DNA of 64,000 nucleotides from positions 30,992 to 94,991 of the forward strand of contig DATJAP010000024.1 of assembly GCA_035516155.1 (NCBI GenBank). The letters are read 5' to 3'. Under the pieces are notes generated by a model, which was not told where the DNA came from, made no database searches, and worked only from the letters and a program-made list of their open reading frames with translations. Of the stretch, positions 49,901 through 61,102 are shown piece after piece (position 1 is the first letter of the stretch; every line of letters starts with the position of its first letter). The DNA is from Nitrospirota bacterium (lineage in GTDB: Bacteria; Nitrospirota; UBA9217). Made by a program: the position numbers and the translations under genes.

Positions 49901-50005
49901 CCCGAACGCATCTTTATCGTCGAGACAGGGGCCCCGTCGATAGAATCAGAGAGAAAGGAAAAAGGCGGTGTCAAAACAAGCCGTGCTGATTTCCAGCTGA
50001 AATGA
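46991..50005 (+). CDS. DUF748 (AsmA-like) large envelope protein with C-terminal OmpA-like domain
   Basis: N-terminal TM anchor, repeated DUF748-like beta-rich segments, C-terminal OmpA-like peptidoglycan-binding region; GGGAGG SD. Confidence 0.7.
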   Translation: MNSPQRKKFSFGRYNPFSTRKARLTGILLLSFFVIYSISGFFILPYYARKIATEKLTSQMGRIVSIGSIRFNPYTLAVVVNNFEIKEADDHTTFISFNRLYVDIRFMSVFKGGPVIGEVRLEKPHVHLVRVKENTYSFSPLVERLQSKPVATVPEKPGKPLVFSFSNIQIKDGDIEFDDRLASTKHEITHINLSIPFISNLPAYVDSFVQPSLSALINGRQLTINGASKVFSDSRETSLDIALKDMDIPYYLAYSPVPLKVKVLSGKLDVLMRLTFREYATRAPMLSLAGETRIRDLGISTRENAAQFINIPLLSVKDISLDLEKRKIDIGAVSTEQGRLTVSRLKDGRMNYDSMLESFAATAQPQRNAKKESVEAPWTVALQSFVVDDYTVTIADQSLVEPFGVTLSAIKFNAQNISTEKNTKGTIALSLLINQRGSASVKGDLALEPLAASLAVNLGDVRLKFLQPYLAGRTQVLLAGGLLTANGNLTVGLNNLKQPQVSASGKLRVNRFSLLDKASAEDLLKWDTLFVKVLDARSAPPSLHVSEIALTNFSSQVIVNEDRTINLLEAFKPGTPASENASPNQETGTKKAPETDRQLQSEPYKVRIDKIVLQGGRVNFTDRSVKPRFSSSLREIGGRVTGLSSEENMLGEVDLIGKYNESAPLEITGKVNPLRSDLYADLKVDFKDMDLTSVSPYSGRYAGYMIQKGKLSFQLQYLINKNKLDAKNNIFVDQFTFGDPVKSPEATSLPVRLAVALLKDRNGEIHLDIPVSGELSDPKFSVGGVILKVIVNLLQKAATSPFALLGAIFGSDEQLGYAEFEAGSAVLTPDTIKKLDLLAKALHDRPALKMDIVGHADPVKDRDGLKQNLLLRRVKAQKIKELAGKNYDISSLESVTVTPEEYPLLLKRAYKEEKFPKPRNFIGFAKDLPVPEMEKLMLTNLKVTDDDLKALATERARAVMDYLLQSGHIEPERIFIVETGAPSIESERKEKGGVKTSRADFQLK

Positions 50006-50611
50006 GAATTGAAAAGCATTCGCTCAGCACTGGAACGAGGTTATTACACCAAAGAGTATCGGGTGCCGGAACGCACCGTCACCGACACGAGATTGCGGGC
50101 TTGAGAAATGAGAATCTCTCTTGCATGCTGCCAGGTTCAAAAGTTGAAATCATGCCCGAGCATCCCCCCCTTCAAGGCGCGAAGCGAAGGATGCATGCTT
50201 GTCGGCTTCGACCGGAGCTGTCTTTATGTTCAAAGAGGCTGCGGCGTGACACGGCCGGACGAGGAGGCAGAATCTTACCGGAAGAACTAACCGGGAAATG
50301 GTATCCGGCGTGGGAAAGTCGGCGTTTTTTGCCGGTGCTGCAGGGAGGAGCGCATATCAGGGCACTTCGACAAAAAGCACAAATCTATGCTTCCGCAGTG
50401 CGTACAATTGAGGAAGCGGCTTACGCATTGCAATTCGAAATTGAATTTGCTGTGATATACTAGAAAAATAAACATGTTTTAATCGTTACGTACGTAACTA
50501 TATTTCGAAAAAAAACAATGAGCTGATAGATTCGTATTCAGGAGAGATAGATGGGAAGAGGCGTTGTATTGTAAGTTGTAATGGCGGCAGATATTTCAAG
50601 GGAAAGTTGCC

Positions 50612-51310
50612 ATGTTAAAAGTAATTATTTCAGAGAGTATTCATAAGCTATTGCAAGAAAAAGATAGTTTATTAAATCGGCAAGATATCTCGGTATTTCA
50701 GACGAGATCGAACGACGAGACGATGAAGATTCATCTCGCGGAGAAGGCGAATCTTATCGTAACTGAGCTGGATATGCCAGGAATGGACAGTGAACTTCTT
50801 TATTCCATGATCAGAAAAGACAAGGAACTTCAGCGAGTCGCTGTCCTCATGATTTGTCCAAATAACATGAAGTCAATTGAGCGATGTTCTCATTGCATGG
50901 CGGATGCCATAATTCTGCGACCAGTGAACCCGGCTCTCATCCTAGCGAAGGCACAACAACTTCTTGACCTTTCTTGGAGGGATACTTATCGCGCGCGGGT
51001 CTTGATTAACGGGAAAGCCTCAGTTCGCGGAAACCCCGACGATACAGCGCTGATTTGCTGCGCACATAACATAAGTTCCACAGGCGTGCTTTTTGAAACG
51101 GAAAAGGTCCTCAACGAGGGCGACCAGGTCGTCTGCTCATTCTTCCTTCCTGGCGGGACGGAAGTCCAGGTGGCTGGAGAAATTGTCCGAACCGTTCATC
51201 ATGCGCCTCGATTTACTTCCAACCAATACGGGGTAAGATTTTCAAACCTTACAGCAGAGGCGAGACAAGCGCTGGAGACATTTATTCAAAGTTCCGTGCA
51301 ACTGCAGTGA
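50612..51310 (+). CDS. receiver (REC)-PilZ domain protein
   Basis: N-terminal CheY-like domain with phospho-acceptor D in LIVTELDMPGMD; C-terminal PilZ c-di-GMP motifs RDTYRAR (RxxxR) and NISSTGVLF (D/NxSxxG). Confidence 0.7.
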   Translation: MLKVIISESIHKLLQEKDSLLNRQDISVFQTRSNDETMKIHLAEKANLIVTELDMPGMDSELLYSMIRKDKELQRVAVLMICPNNMKSIERCSHCMADAIILRPVNPALILAKAQQLLDLSWRDTYRARVLINGKASVRGNPDDTALICCAHNISSTGVLFETEKVLNEGDQVVCSFFLPGGTEVQVAGEIVRTVHHAPRFTSNQYGVRFSNLTAEARQALETFIQSSVQLQ

Positions 51311-51986
51311 GACTTTGTCAGGTGGCTTCGCAAATAAATTTTTTCCTGTTAGGCTGATTAATTTAACGATCTTAGGAGCCTGATGGGGAGGCAGCAGCGT
51401 TACAATTGATAGTGACATTTTTTGTGGCGGCCAGAGCGAGGTATATAATCGCTTGCCCTTGTCCTTGCGATCTTTCAATAAACAGCAGAATGAGTGAAAG
51501 TTGCTTCCCAAACCGTAAAAGCTGCACCCTTTAGAAACAGCATAGAACGATTGGCAATCGAGTTCTATCTTCCATTCTGCTCAGCAATGAGTATTGAATT
51601 AGAGGATTCCTGTATTCGTTGACGTTTCCATTCTTTGCAACACATGAATTTATAACTCGTGTTCGATATTTCGTCTACCCATTTTTTATCCTTACGACGT
51701 TATCCCTACGACATCATTGACACGATTCTGCATCAGGCATATAGTTGTCAGGAATACGGTGAATGTGGTGGTATATGCATTTCTAAACTTGATAACATCG
51801 CGAATCCGCTGATATAATGAGGAGCTTAGACAGTGAATCTCCCCCGGCAGGCGCAGAGAGTTTTCTTGAATGTTACATGCGACAACCTTGCATTAGCCCT
51901 TAGGGCTGCCACTCCATCACCAGACAGGAGTCCGGTGTTTTATGTGGCTTAATAATGAAAATATTGTAGTACAAGGAGGATGACTT

Positions 51987-53159
51987 ATGACTGGTATTAG
52001 CATTCAAAGGAGGACTTTCGTGCGGCTGGCGTATTTGCTTGTTGTTGGACTTTTTGTTGCGGCAGCGGGAGCGTCGCCTTCCCGCGCAGAGGAACAGGGC
52101 GTGACGAACAAGGAGATCGTGATAGGCATGTCAAACGCCCTGACAGGTCCGGCAGCAGCCCTGGGTACAGGGGTCAAAGCCGGCGCCATGACTTATTTTC
52201 GGAAAATTAATAATGCCGGAGGGGTGAACGGCCGCAAAATTAAAGTAATCAGCTACGATGACGGGTATGAACCTGAGCGGACCGTGGAAAACACAAACAA
52301 GCTGATAAACGAAGACAAGGTATTCGCCCTATTCGGATATGTAGGGACGCCGACGTCTGCAGCGGTGCTGCCGATTGTCAATAAGTCGCTTATGCTATTT
52401 TGGGGGCCTTTCACCGGTGCGGAGCTCCTCAGAACGCCGGTAACGAAAAACATCTTTAACGTGCGCGGCAGCTACGATGATGAAGCAGAGATGCAGGTCA
52501 AGTACCTGACGGAAAAACTAGGCAAGAAGAAGATCGGCGTATTTATTCAGAACGATGCATACGGGCTTTCGGTCAAGTTTGGCGTCGTCAAAGCTCTCAA
52601 GAAACGCAACCTCGAGATTATGGGTGAAGGGACCTATGAACGGAACACGGAAAATGTCGATGCCGGCTTGGCCGCTATAAAGCCTTACAATCCCGATGCA
52701 GTCGTCATGGTGGGGACCTACAAGGCCATGGCCGCATTCATCAAGAAGGCCAAGGCGCAGGGATTCAATCCTGTCTTTTTGAATGTTTCCTTCGTAGGGA
52801 CGGCGGCTCTGGTTAAAGAACTGGCCGGCGAAGGCGACGGTGTCATCGTCACCCAAGTGATGCCGTCTCCCTATGATTCACCGTTGCCCCTCGTGCGCCA
52901 GTACCGTCAGGACATGAAAGCGGCCGGACATTCCGAGCTCGACTATACGGATCTTGAAGGCTACGTCGATGCGGTTGTGTTCGTGGAAGTTCTGAAAAAT
53001 GTAGCCGGTCCGCTGACACGCGAATCGTTCATAGCCACAGCCGAAAAATTGAACGCAACCGTCGGCGGGCTCACCTTCACCTTTACAGCCGGGAACCACC
53101 AGGCGATGTCCAAAATATACCTCACCAAGATTGCAGGTTCCAAGGTTAGTGAGTTTTGA
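51987..53159 (+). CDS. ABC transporter substrate-binding protein, Liv (branched-chain amino acid) family
   Basis: signal peptide, family-4 periplasmic-binding fold, AAGGAGG SD; no permease or ATPase genes adjacent. Confidence 0.85.
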   Translation: MTGISIQRRTFVRLAYLLVVGLFVAAAGASPSRAEEQGVTNKEIVIGMSNALTGPAAALGTGVKAGAMTYFRKINNAGGVNGRKIKVISYDDGYEPERTVENTNKLINEDKVFALFGYVGTPTSAAVLPIVNKSLMLFWGPFTGAELLRTPVTKNIFNVRGSYDDEAEMQVKYLTEKLGKKKIGVFIQNDAYGLSVKFGVVKALKKRNLEIMGEGTYERNTENVDAGLAAIKPYNPDAVVMVGTYKAMAAFIKKAKAQGFNPVFLNVSFVGTAALVKELAGEGDGVIVTQVMPSPYDSPLPLVRQYRQDMKAAGHSELDYTDLEGYVDAVVFVEVLKNVAGPLTRESFIATAEKLNATVGGLTFTFTAGNHQAMSKIYLTKIAGSKVSEF

Positions 53160-53387
53160 TGAGTGGAACGAGTTTATAGATCGCATTAGCGGAGTATCCC
53201 TAAAGAAGACGAAGCCAGGTGATTCAAAAAAAGGTACATGGATAGCGCGGCGACACGTGCGAGCGCGACCGCGAGCATGGGGGGACGCAGCGGGAGGTGA
53301 TCGTTCCCATTCATTTTCTAGTCAGATGAGGGGGATGCGTCTTTGCATCTGATGACGCTCGTAATGAAATATATTCCTTTTTCAAAA

Positions 53388-53921
53388 TCAGGAAATACTC
53401 AGTTTATCAATCCAACTCGACACATTTGAGTTCGCGGAACTTGCACTGGTTCCATGAATAGCGATTCCCTTTAGCACGGTAGCTTTGGGACATGCGTTGG
53501 CAATATCCTGTTCGCTATGGCCCATTCCGCTTCCCTCGTGGGTGCAAAAGGGAACAATTGTTTTTTCGGAAAAGTCATAGCCTTCCAAGAAGGAGAACAC
53601 CGGCATGGGCATCGTCCCCCACCAATTCGGATATCCCAAAAAGATCACATCATATGCCCTCATGTTTTCAACTTGTCCCGTCAGCTTCGGCCTGGCTTTG
53701 GCACGCAGTTCATTCTTGGCTACTTCCGTAGCTTCCGTATAATCTTTGGGATAGGCCGTGACGGATTCAATATGAAACATATCGCCGCCCGTTATTTTCT
53801 GAATCATGTTTGCGACAACTTCGGTATTGCCAACTTTTAGATCGACAATCCTGCCGCTGACATAATTTTGTCCTTTCCGGGAATAATAGGCTATCAGGCA
53901 TTTTTTATTAGTTAAATTCAT
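53388..53921 (-). CDS. flavodoxin-like fold protein
   Basis: flavodoxin_4-like N-terminus LIAYYSRKGQNY, GAGGAG SD. Confidence 0.7.
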   Translation of the reverse strand: MNLTNKKCLIAYYSRKGQNYVSGRIVDLKVGNTEVVANMIQKITGGDMFHIESVTAYPKDYTEATEVAKNELRAKARPKLTGQVENMRAYDVIFLGYPNWWGTMPMPVFSFLEGYDFSEKTIVPFCTHEGSGMGHSEQDIANACPKATVLKGIAIHGTSASSANSNVSSWIDKLSIS

Positions 53922-54342
53922 AATGAAATACTCCTCAAGATCATTATTTCAATAATCGTTCTTTATTGTACCGATTCTGCTGCCAGCAATAACAACCTTT
54001 GCTTATGCTTCATTAAACATGGTTCATTCTTCTTCTGTAAATTCAATATTTGCCAAGCCACTATTTTCCTCTCAACGACTTAATTTACGTGTTCCCGGAA
54101 GCGGTACGAACCACGGCTTCATGACCAATCACCTTTCCACCATCGCCGGCAGAGCGACGGTTTCGATCAGGTGGATATCAGTGGTGCAGGTAGCAACGGC
54201 CGATGGGCGAACCAGCGCGTCATAAGGACCGATGAATGGACCAGGCACCTCTTTCCATACGCTTGTCTCTTCCCCTGCAGTATATAGCCCCTCATGGCTA
54301 CCTCCTTTCGTTTGCCTGAGCTAATATGTTTTGCTCTTCCGC

Positions 54343-55359
<1,017 letters not shown>

Positions 55360-55490
55360 TTATTACGTAAACTGCGCTCCATTTGTTTGTGTCTCCTGTT
55401 GATGACCATATCCTACCCCTGAAAGAACAAAACGGATAGACCAATCCTGCTCATTTTTTGCCTAATCGTCCGAAACCTGCCATAATTAGG

Positions 55491-55519
55491 TTGACAGTAA
55501 AGCGGGGTCTGGTAGTATA
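55491..55519 (+). promoter_or_regulatory. sigma70-like promoter (TTGACA -35) for araC-family gene
   Basis: TTGACA, about 16-17 nt spacer, TAGTAT/GTATAT -10 in the divergent intergenic region. Confidence 0.4.
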
Positions 55520-55535
55520 TGGTCAGGAGGCATCA

Positions 55536-56477
55536 ATGAGAAAGCAGGCAATCAAGCAAGAAATTGAGAATACCGGAATGGAAAATGCGCTCGAAACTTT
55601 AGGTAAGTGCATTGCCCGATGGACCGATAAAAGCGATCGGATCGTGACCGCGATCCCTGGTTTGACACTTTATCGGCGGGACGAACCGAGCGAGCCGACG
55701 AGCATCATGTACGAACCGCGCATTTGCGTTATCGCACAAGGGGCAAAACGCGTGCTGCTCGGAGACGATACGTTTGTGTATGACGAGCAGCACTTTTTGA
55801 TCACGTCCGTGGATCTGCCCACGTTTGTGCAGATCATCAAAGCGAGCCGGGAGAAGCCTTGCCTGGGGCTCATCTTGAAACTTGATCAGCGCGAGATGTC
55901 ACAACTGATGGTAGACAGCCATCTTCCTCCGCCGCGTCCGCAGCAATCGAGCCGTGGAATGGCAACCGGCGAGGTTACGTTGCCGCTGCTTTCCACCTTT
56001 CAACGGTTGATCGACTTGCTCGATGAGCCGGAGGATATTCCGATCCTTGCGCCGATCATCCAGCGGGAAATTTTTTACCGTTTGCTTGTGGGCGATCAAG
56101 GTGTGCGTCTGCGCCAGATGGCGTCGGCGGGAAGTCAGAGTCAACAGATAGCGCGGGCAATCGACTGGTTGAAAGGTAACTTCACGCGGCCGTTACGTAT
56201 CGATGACCTCGCAGCACAAGTCAACATGAGCACCTCGACCTTTCACCATCATTTCCGGGCGGTGACGGCCATGAGCCCGCTGCAGTACCAAAAATGGCTG
56301 CGTTTGAACGAAGCACGGAGGTTGATGCTCGCCGAAGATCAGGATGCAACAACCGCGGCGTTTCAGGTCGGCTATGAAAGCCCATCCCAATTCAGCCGCG
56401 AGTATGGACGCTTGTTCGGCGCCCCGCCGTTACGAGATATCACGAGTTTGCGGCAGATGGCAACTGTAGAAACGTAA
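55536..56477 (+). CDS. AraC family transcriptional regulator (cupin N-domain)
   Basis: C-terminal AraC HTH (FHHHFRAVTAMSPLQYQKWLRL), divergent from the AKR gene; CAGGAGG SD. Confidence 0.85.
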   Translation: MRKQAIKQEIENTGMENALETLGKCIARWTDKSDRIVTAIPGLTLYRRDEPSEPTSIMYEPRICVIAQGAKRVLLGDDTFVYDEQHFLITSVDLPTFVQIIKASREKPCLGLILKLDQREMSQLMVDSHLPPPRPQQSSRGMATGEVTLPLLSTFQRLIDLLDEPEDIPILAPIIQREIFYRLLVGDQGVRLRQMASAGSQSQQIARAIDWLKGNFTRPLRIDDLAAQVNMSTSTFHHHFRAVTAMSPLQYQKWLRLNEARRLMLAEDQDATTAAFQVGYESPSQFSREYGRLFGAPPLRDITSLRQMATVET

Positions 56478-56978
56478 TGTAAAGCGAAACGTGGGAGCCC
56501 CGGAGAGTTCCGGGGTTCTGTGCTCGACTTTCGTCAAGAATTCTTCCGGCTGCAGGATCGTGACGCCGACATATTCAGAGAAACACGGCGCGCGCCTCAC
56601 CGGCGTATACATGTATAAGTTACGACCTGTATTTGGTGATAATACAATGAGCTAACGTTGAACACTTGTAGATGAAGTTGAGTTTCATATAATATTAGCG
56701 AAGGTGCAGAATTCACTTTGTATACAGCACGTTGTGATAAAGTTTTCTGTCAGCATCTTTTTCCTGAAGCTGATAGAGCTTCCATTTCTCGAAACTCGCA
56801 AAGTTACAGTCTGGATTCTTTAGCAACCGATAAAATATGCTCATACGGAGTCATTGACATGATTCCGCTCAAGTTTATATTTATGAAAAGCCGGTAGCTG
56901 CGCATTTACTCAGCGAGCTATGCACTTTTTTTGTCTGCCTGGTTATATCTATTGGACAATTGGGCATAGGGAGATAGA

Positions 56979-57569
56979 ATGTTTCGCGACATACCTGAAC
57001 CGATGAGGAAAAGAATGCAGTATCTGGAAGAGATCGATGCTCGTGACCGGTCTGACGGCACGATGCAGATGAGTCGACTGCGTCAAATCACGCCGGAAGT
57101 GGGGCGATTCATCGCACTTTTGGCCGCTGGAGCACCGGATGGGCATTATGTCGAAATCGGCACGAGTGCTGGTTACTCCATGCTTTGGCTAGTATTGGCT
57201 TGTCGGCAGGCCGGAAGGAGAGTCAAAACCTTCGAGATTCTGGACAAGAAAGCAGAGCTTGCCCGGCAGACCTTCGCCATCGTCGGTGTTGGCGACGTCG
57301 TGGACTTCGTTCATGCCGATGCACTTCTTCATCTTCCGAACATTCATGATATTTCCTTCTGCTTCTTGGATGCGGAGAAGGAAATCTACGGACAATGTTA
57401 TGAGATTATCATTAAGAATATGGTACGGGGTGGCTTTCTTATTGCGGACAATGCGATCAGCCACGAGTCCACGCTACGGCCCATGCTTGACCGAGCATTG
57501 TCCGATGAAAGGGTTGACGCCATGATCGTGCCCATCGGCAACGGGGAGCTGGTCTGCCGGAAGAAATAG
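56979..57569 (+). CDS. class I SAM-dependent O-methyltransferase (family 3, caffeoyl-CoA OMT-like)
   Basis: [13 protein letters not shown] motif, conserved D and K residues, GGGAGA SD. Confidence 0.8.
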   Translation: MFRDIPEPMRKRMQYLEEIDARDRSDGTMQMSRLRQITPEVGRFIALLAAGAPDGHYVEIGTSAGYSMLWLVLACRQAGRRVKTFEILDKKAELARQTFAIVGVGDVVDFVHADALLHLPNIHDISFCFLDAEKEIYGQCYEIIIKNMVRGGFLIADNAISHESTLRPMLDRALSDERVDAMIVPIGNGELVCRKK

Positions 57570-58042
57570 GGCCCAACCAAGTGCTGCCCAGCACGCGTCA
57601 AAAGCTCGCCGCCCGAGAGCATCGTTGTCGATGATGATTATATCGATCCCCCGGCGTTTGATTGAGGCCGTGTATAACAACTGTCTGATATTCCTCTCGT
57701 TATCACATAATCTGTTTGTAGCATAGATTTTGTACTTTCTTATTTGATCAATATCTTCTTCCTGTGGATGTGACACGGGGACGATCGTTCCATATTGCAG
57801 TTTTCACCCTGAATAATGCAATCGGGAATGACGGCATCAATTGACACACCTGCTCCGCTAACATACGAAATGGAATCGTAGTCCCGGATTCCGTTCCGAT
57901 CATAACTGGTTATATATTCCCGGCTACAATAAATTGAGTAAGATTCAGTATATTCAGGAATGGCAATTAGAAATCGCAAAGCTAAATCCTATCAGAGCAG
58001 CACCGCTAATCCGACTTCTCGTTTCAAGGAGTGAATGACAGG

Positions 58043-59005
58043 ATGAACCGAATACTGAAGCTATATCATCGAATCGCAATCGCGATTGTTGTTTTGTGGT
58101 GCACGTCCGTCGTGATGGTACACTCTGCCGTCGCCGCACCGCGCGCCGTCTGGATCTGGGAGGAGGACTCCTACCTCATGCTCGACAAGGATGCGGTGCA
58201 ACGAGAAGTAGAAACATTCCTCGATCGGCAGCATATCTCGACGATGTATGTGTACGCCGACGAATTTAACGGCCGGAACATTCTTGTGAACGAGCCGGAT
58301 AAATACCGGAAGCTCATCGCAAGCGCACACGCGCGGGGGTTCAAGGTATTTGCGCTTCTTGGCTCGGCGTATCTTCGCACCCAGGAGTACGTCCTCCCGG
58401 AGAAGCGTCCTGTTGCCCTGCGAATGTTTAGGAATGTCCTCGAATTCAACAAAAACACGCCAGATGTATCCTCGCGATTCGACGGCGTCAACATCGATAT
58501 AGAACCCTACCTTCTCGACGACTGGTCATCTGCGCGCCCGCTGCGCGTCAGGCAGTATCTGGATCTATCCGCCGAATTCATGCGCATGAAGGCCGCAGTC
58601 GGCTCGAGGTTGCTTGTCGGCCCGGCGATGCCGTTCTGGTACGACGGCATTGAAGATGTCGAATGGAACGGGCAACGCCGGAGGCTGAACGAGCGCATTC
58701 AAGATATTTACGACTATGTAGCGCTCATGGACTACAGGAATGTTGCCGAAGGTCCTGATGGGATCGTGTCGCTCGCACAGGACGAGCTCGACTACGCGGA
58801 TCGGATTGAAAAGAAAGTGATGATCGGCGTCGAAACTCTTGAGACGACACCGGCGAAGGTCACCTTCTATGGCAAGGGCGAAAAATATTTCGAAACGCAG
58901 CTTGCACTAGCGGAATCCGCAATGACACGGCATCGGTCGTTCGGAGGTTTCGTTGTCCATCACTTGAAATCCTATCGCGTTTTGGTAGAGGAAAAGCAGA
59001 AATGA
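58043..59005 (+). CDS. signal-anchored TIM-barrel glycoside-hydrolase-like protein (GH114/GHL-type)
   Basis: N-terminal hydrophobic anchor, motifs VWIWEED, GFKVFALLG, FDGVNIDIEP typical of GH114/GHL families; exact family uncertain. Confidence 0.5.
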   Translation: MNRILKLYHRIAIAIVVLWCTSVVMVHSAVAAPRAVWIWEEDSYLMLDKDAVQREVETFLDRQHISTMYVYADEFNGRNILVNEPDKYRKLIASAHARGFKVFALLGSAYLRTQEYVLPEKRPVALRMFRNVLEFNKNTPDVSSRFDGVNIDIEPYLLDDWSSARPLRVRQYLDLSAEFMRMKAAVGSRLLVGPAMPFWYDGIEDVEWNGQRRRLNERIQDIYDYVALMDYRNVAEGPDGIVSLAQDELDYADRIEKKVMIGVETLETTPAKVTFYGKGEKYFETQLALAESAMTRHRSFGGFVVHHLKSYRVLVEEKQK

Positions 59006-59333
59006 GGTCAGTTGAGACTATAGGGGACATTGTTTCCGATGTTACTTTGAGACTAACGCAGCGGGCGAGACCGACGCGCAAAAGGTGCGCGTCTCACCTC
59101 CGCGTTCATATGCAAGACACAACCAGAGGACTACACTGCAGTTGACAAAACGTCCTGCGCAACCTTGGAGGTGAAGTCGATGACTGTTTCCATTTCTTGA
59201 AATTACAAGATCGAAGCATAGTTACGAATCACGTTTACCGTTACTGTCGCAAATACTGTTCACTACATCTAATCATGCAAAAAGGGACGGCCTATTAATG
59301 CCGTCCCTATGCAAAATTCTAGAATCACGATAA

Positions 59334-59573
59334 TTATCTTTCCCTTTCGCCCGCCTCTATACCTTTTTTCGTTTGCTCAATAGCTTTCTGTACGAACTCA
59401 AGCGCCTTGACCCTGTGTCCGCCTTTGTTGTGTTCAGCCACTTCTAACTCTCCCTTTGCGTGATTCAGGGCCTCAAGGGCAGCCATCATATGCGGCTGAT
59501 GTATCGCAGCCCAACTACCTACTGCACTACCAATAAGCACTCCCACAATCAAAGCAATTACAATTTTTTTCAC
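59334..59573 (-). CDS. small secreted His/Met-rich helical protein (79 aa)
   Basis: AAGGAGG SD 6 nt before GTG start, signal peptide, HQPHMM...H..H motif. Confidence 0.5.
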   Translation of the reverse strand: MKKIVIALIVGVLIGSAVGSWAAIHQPHMMAALEALNHAKGELEVAEHNKGGHRVKALEFVQKAIEQTKKGIEAGERER

Positions 59574-60355
59574 AATATTCCTCCTTAATTTTAAAACTCA
59601 TGCCAAACAGTATATCAGAATATCACAACAAAATAAATCTATTTTCAATCTTGAACGACAATTTAGAACGATTCTGTTAAAGCGACCGTCTGATCCGGGA
59701 AACCCTCCATGAGTTTCCGCGGATGCCTTCCATTCATTAACGGAGGGTTCGGGTGTATCGTGTCATCGTCGAAAATAAACTGCTTGAATGATAATTTTAT
59801 GATATAGTCATCCGCCACGATCCGCGGTTTTCTATATTATTGTAAATATGGCATCGCTTGCCAATTGTTGAGCACAGGGAGGTAAATGAGGGATATTTAT
59901 CGGAGACTCATTTTTGAACACATATTCAAAAAGTGGGCAGCAGTATCCTAATATGGTCTCGCCGGGGAGACATGATAGTAAAAGGGAAAATTTTTTGAGG
60001 ATTTTCCCTTTTCTACCGCGTGATTGTCAATCGTACGATTCCGTATTCATCATCGAAGTTGATTCTGATTGAAATATTGCGCTCCTTGTATCATAATACC
60101 GATAAATATGGCCTTTATGAAACAACCCTCTGATCTTAAGGTGTTCATATTGAAGAGGGAATTCCTTCGTGATGAGTGCGGACAGAAACGCGGTCGAAAA
60201 GCTTGGAATACTCTGGATCGGGAAAGAGGGGCGCTCTGCTTATTTGTTGCCGGCATTATATCAACTAGAAACCGTTAGACGCCATATCCAATAGCGCTCC
60301 GACCGCAGTGTAAGAAATAATTACATTTCCTGTTTCGCCAGGGAGGGTATTATAC

Positions 60356-61102
60356 ATGCGCACCATCGTTCGCATTGCACTGTTACTTGTATTTCTGGCT
60401 GGTTCAGGGACCGCGCTCTTCGCTGTGGGCAAGCAGGACATGCCGAAAAGTGTCGGCATGCCAGAGTCTGCTGCTAATGGTGCTAAGACAGCTGTACTGA
60501 TCACTCCGGAGCTTACCATTACGAGTGCGAGGACTGCGGTACTGATCATGGACTATCAGAATGAAATCGTGAATATGCTGCCTGAGAATGTGCGAGTCCC
60601 TCTGCTGGATAGAGCAAGCACCATCCTCCAGAAGGCACGGCAAGCCCATCTGCCCATTGTTTATGTCGTCGTGCGCTTTCGTGAAGGTTACCCTGAGATC
60701 AACCCGCGTAACAAGCTCTTCAGCAGCTTAAAAGAATCGGGACGTCTACGTGAAGGGACATCCGGATCCGAAATCCATGACAGAGTAGCACCGCAACCGC
60801 AAGATATCGTAGTAGCAAAACGCCGTGTCGGAGCTTTTTCTACCACGGACTTGGATACGATTCTGCGTGCAAAAAATATTAATACGCTCGTATTATTCGG
60901 TATTTCGACGAGCGGCGTAGTCCTTTCCACGTTACGCTGGGCCGCTGACCTGGATTACTCACTCGTGGTCATATCAGATGTCTGCGCAGACCAAGACGCT
61001 GAAGTGAACCGCGTATTGATGGATAAGGTTTTCCCGCGGCAGGCTACTGTCGTGACTACCCGAGAATTTCTCAACGCTATCGGAGCTAAAGATGTAAGGT
61101 GA
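60356..61102 (+). CDS. isochorismatase-family (cysteine hydrolase-like) protein, secreted
   Basis: signal peptide, VLIMDYQNE catalytic-Asp region, isochorismatase fold; nucleophile position reads SGVV not CV; AGGGAGGG SD. Confidence 0.8.
   Translation: MRTIVRIALLLVFLAGSGTALFAVGKQDMPKSVGMPESAANGAKTAVLITPELTITSARTAVLIMDYQNEIVNMLPENVRVPLLDRASTILQKARQAHLPIVYVVVRFREGYPEINPRNKLFSSLKESGRLREGTSGSEIHDRVAPQPQDIVVAKRRVGAFSTTDLDTILRAKNINTLVLFGISTSGVVLSTLRWAADLDYSLVVISDVCADQDAEVNRVLMDKVFPRQATVVTTREFLNAIGAKDVR

Noticed and set aside
50002-50463. 153-codon Arg-rich ORF between the DUF748 gene and REC-PilZ gene
   Set aside because: Starts inside the preceding gene's stop context, has no RBS and is extremely Arg/His-rich; more likely a non-coding leader for the REC-PilZ gene.
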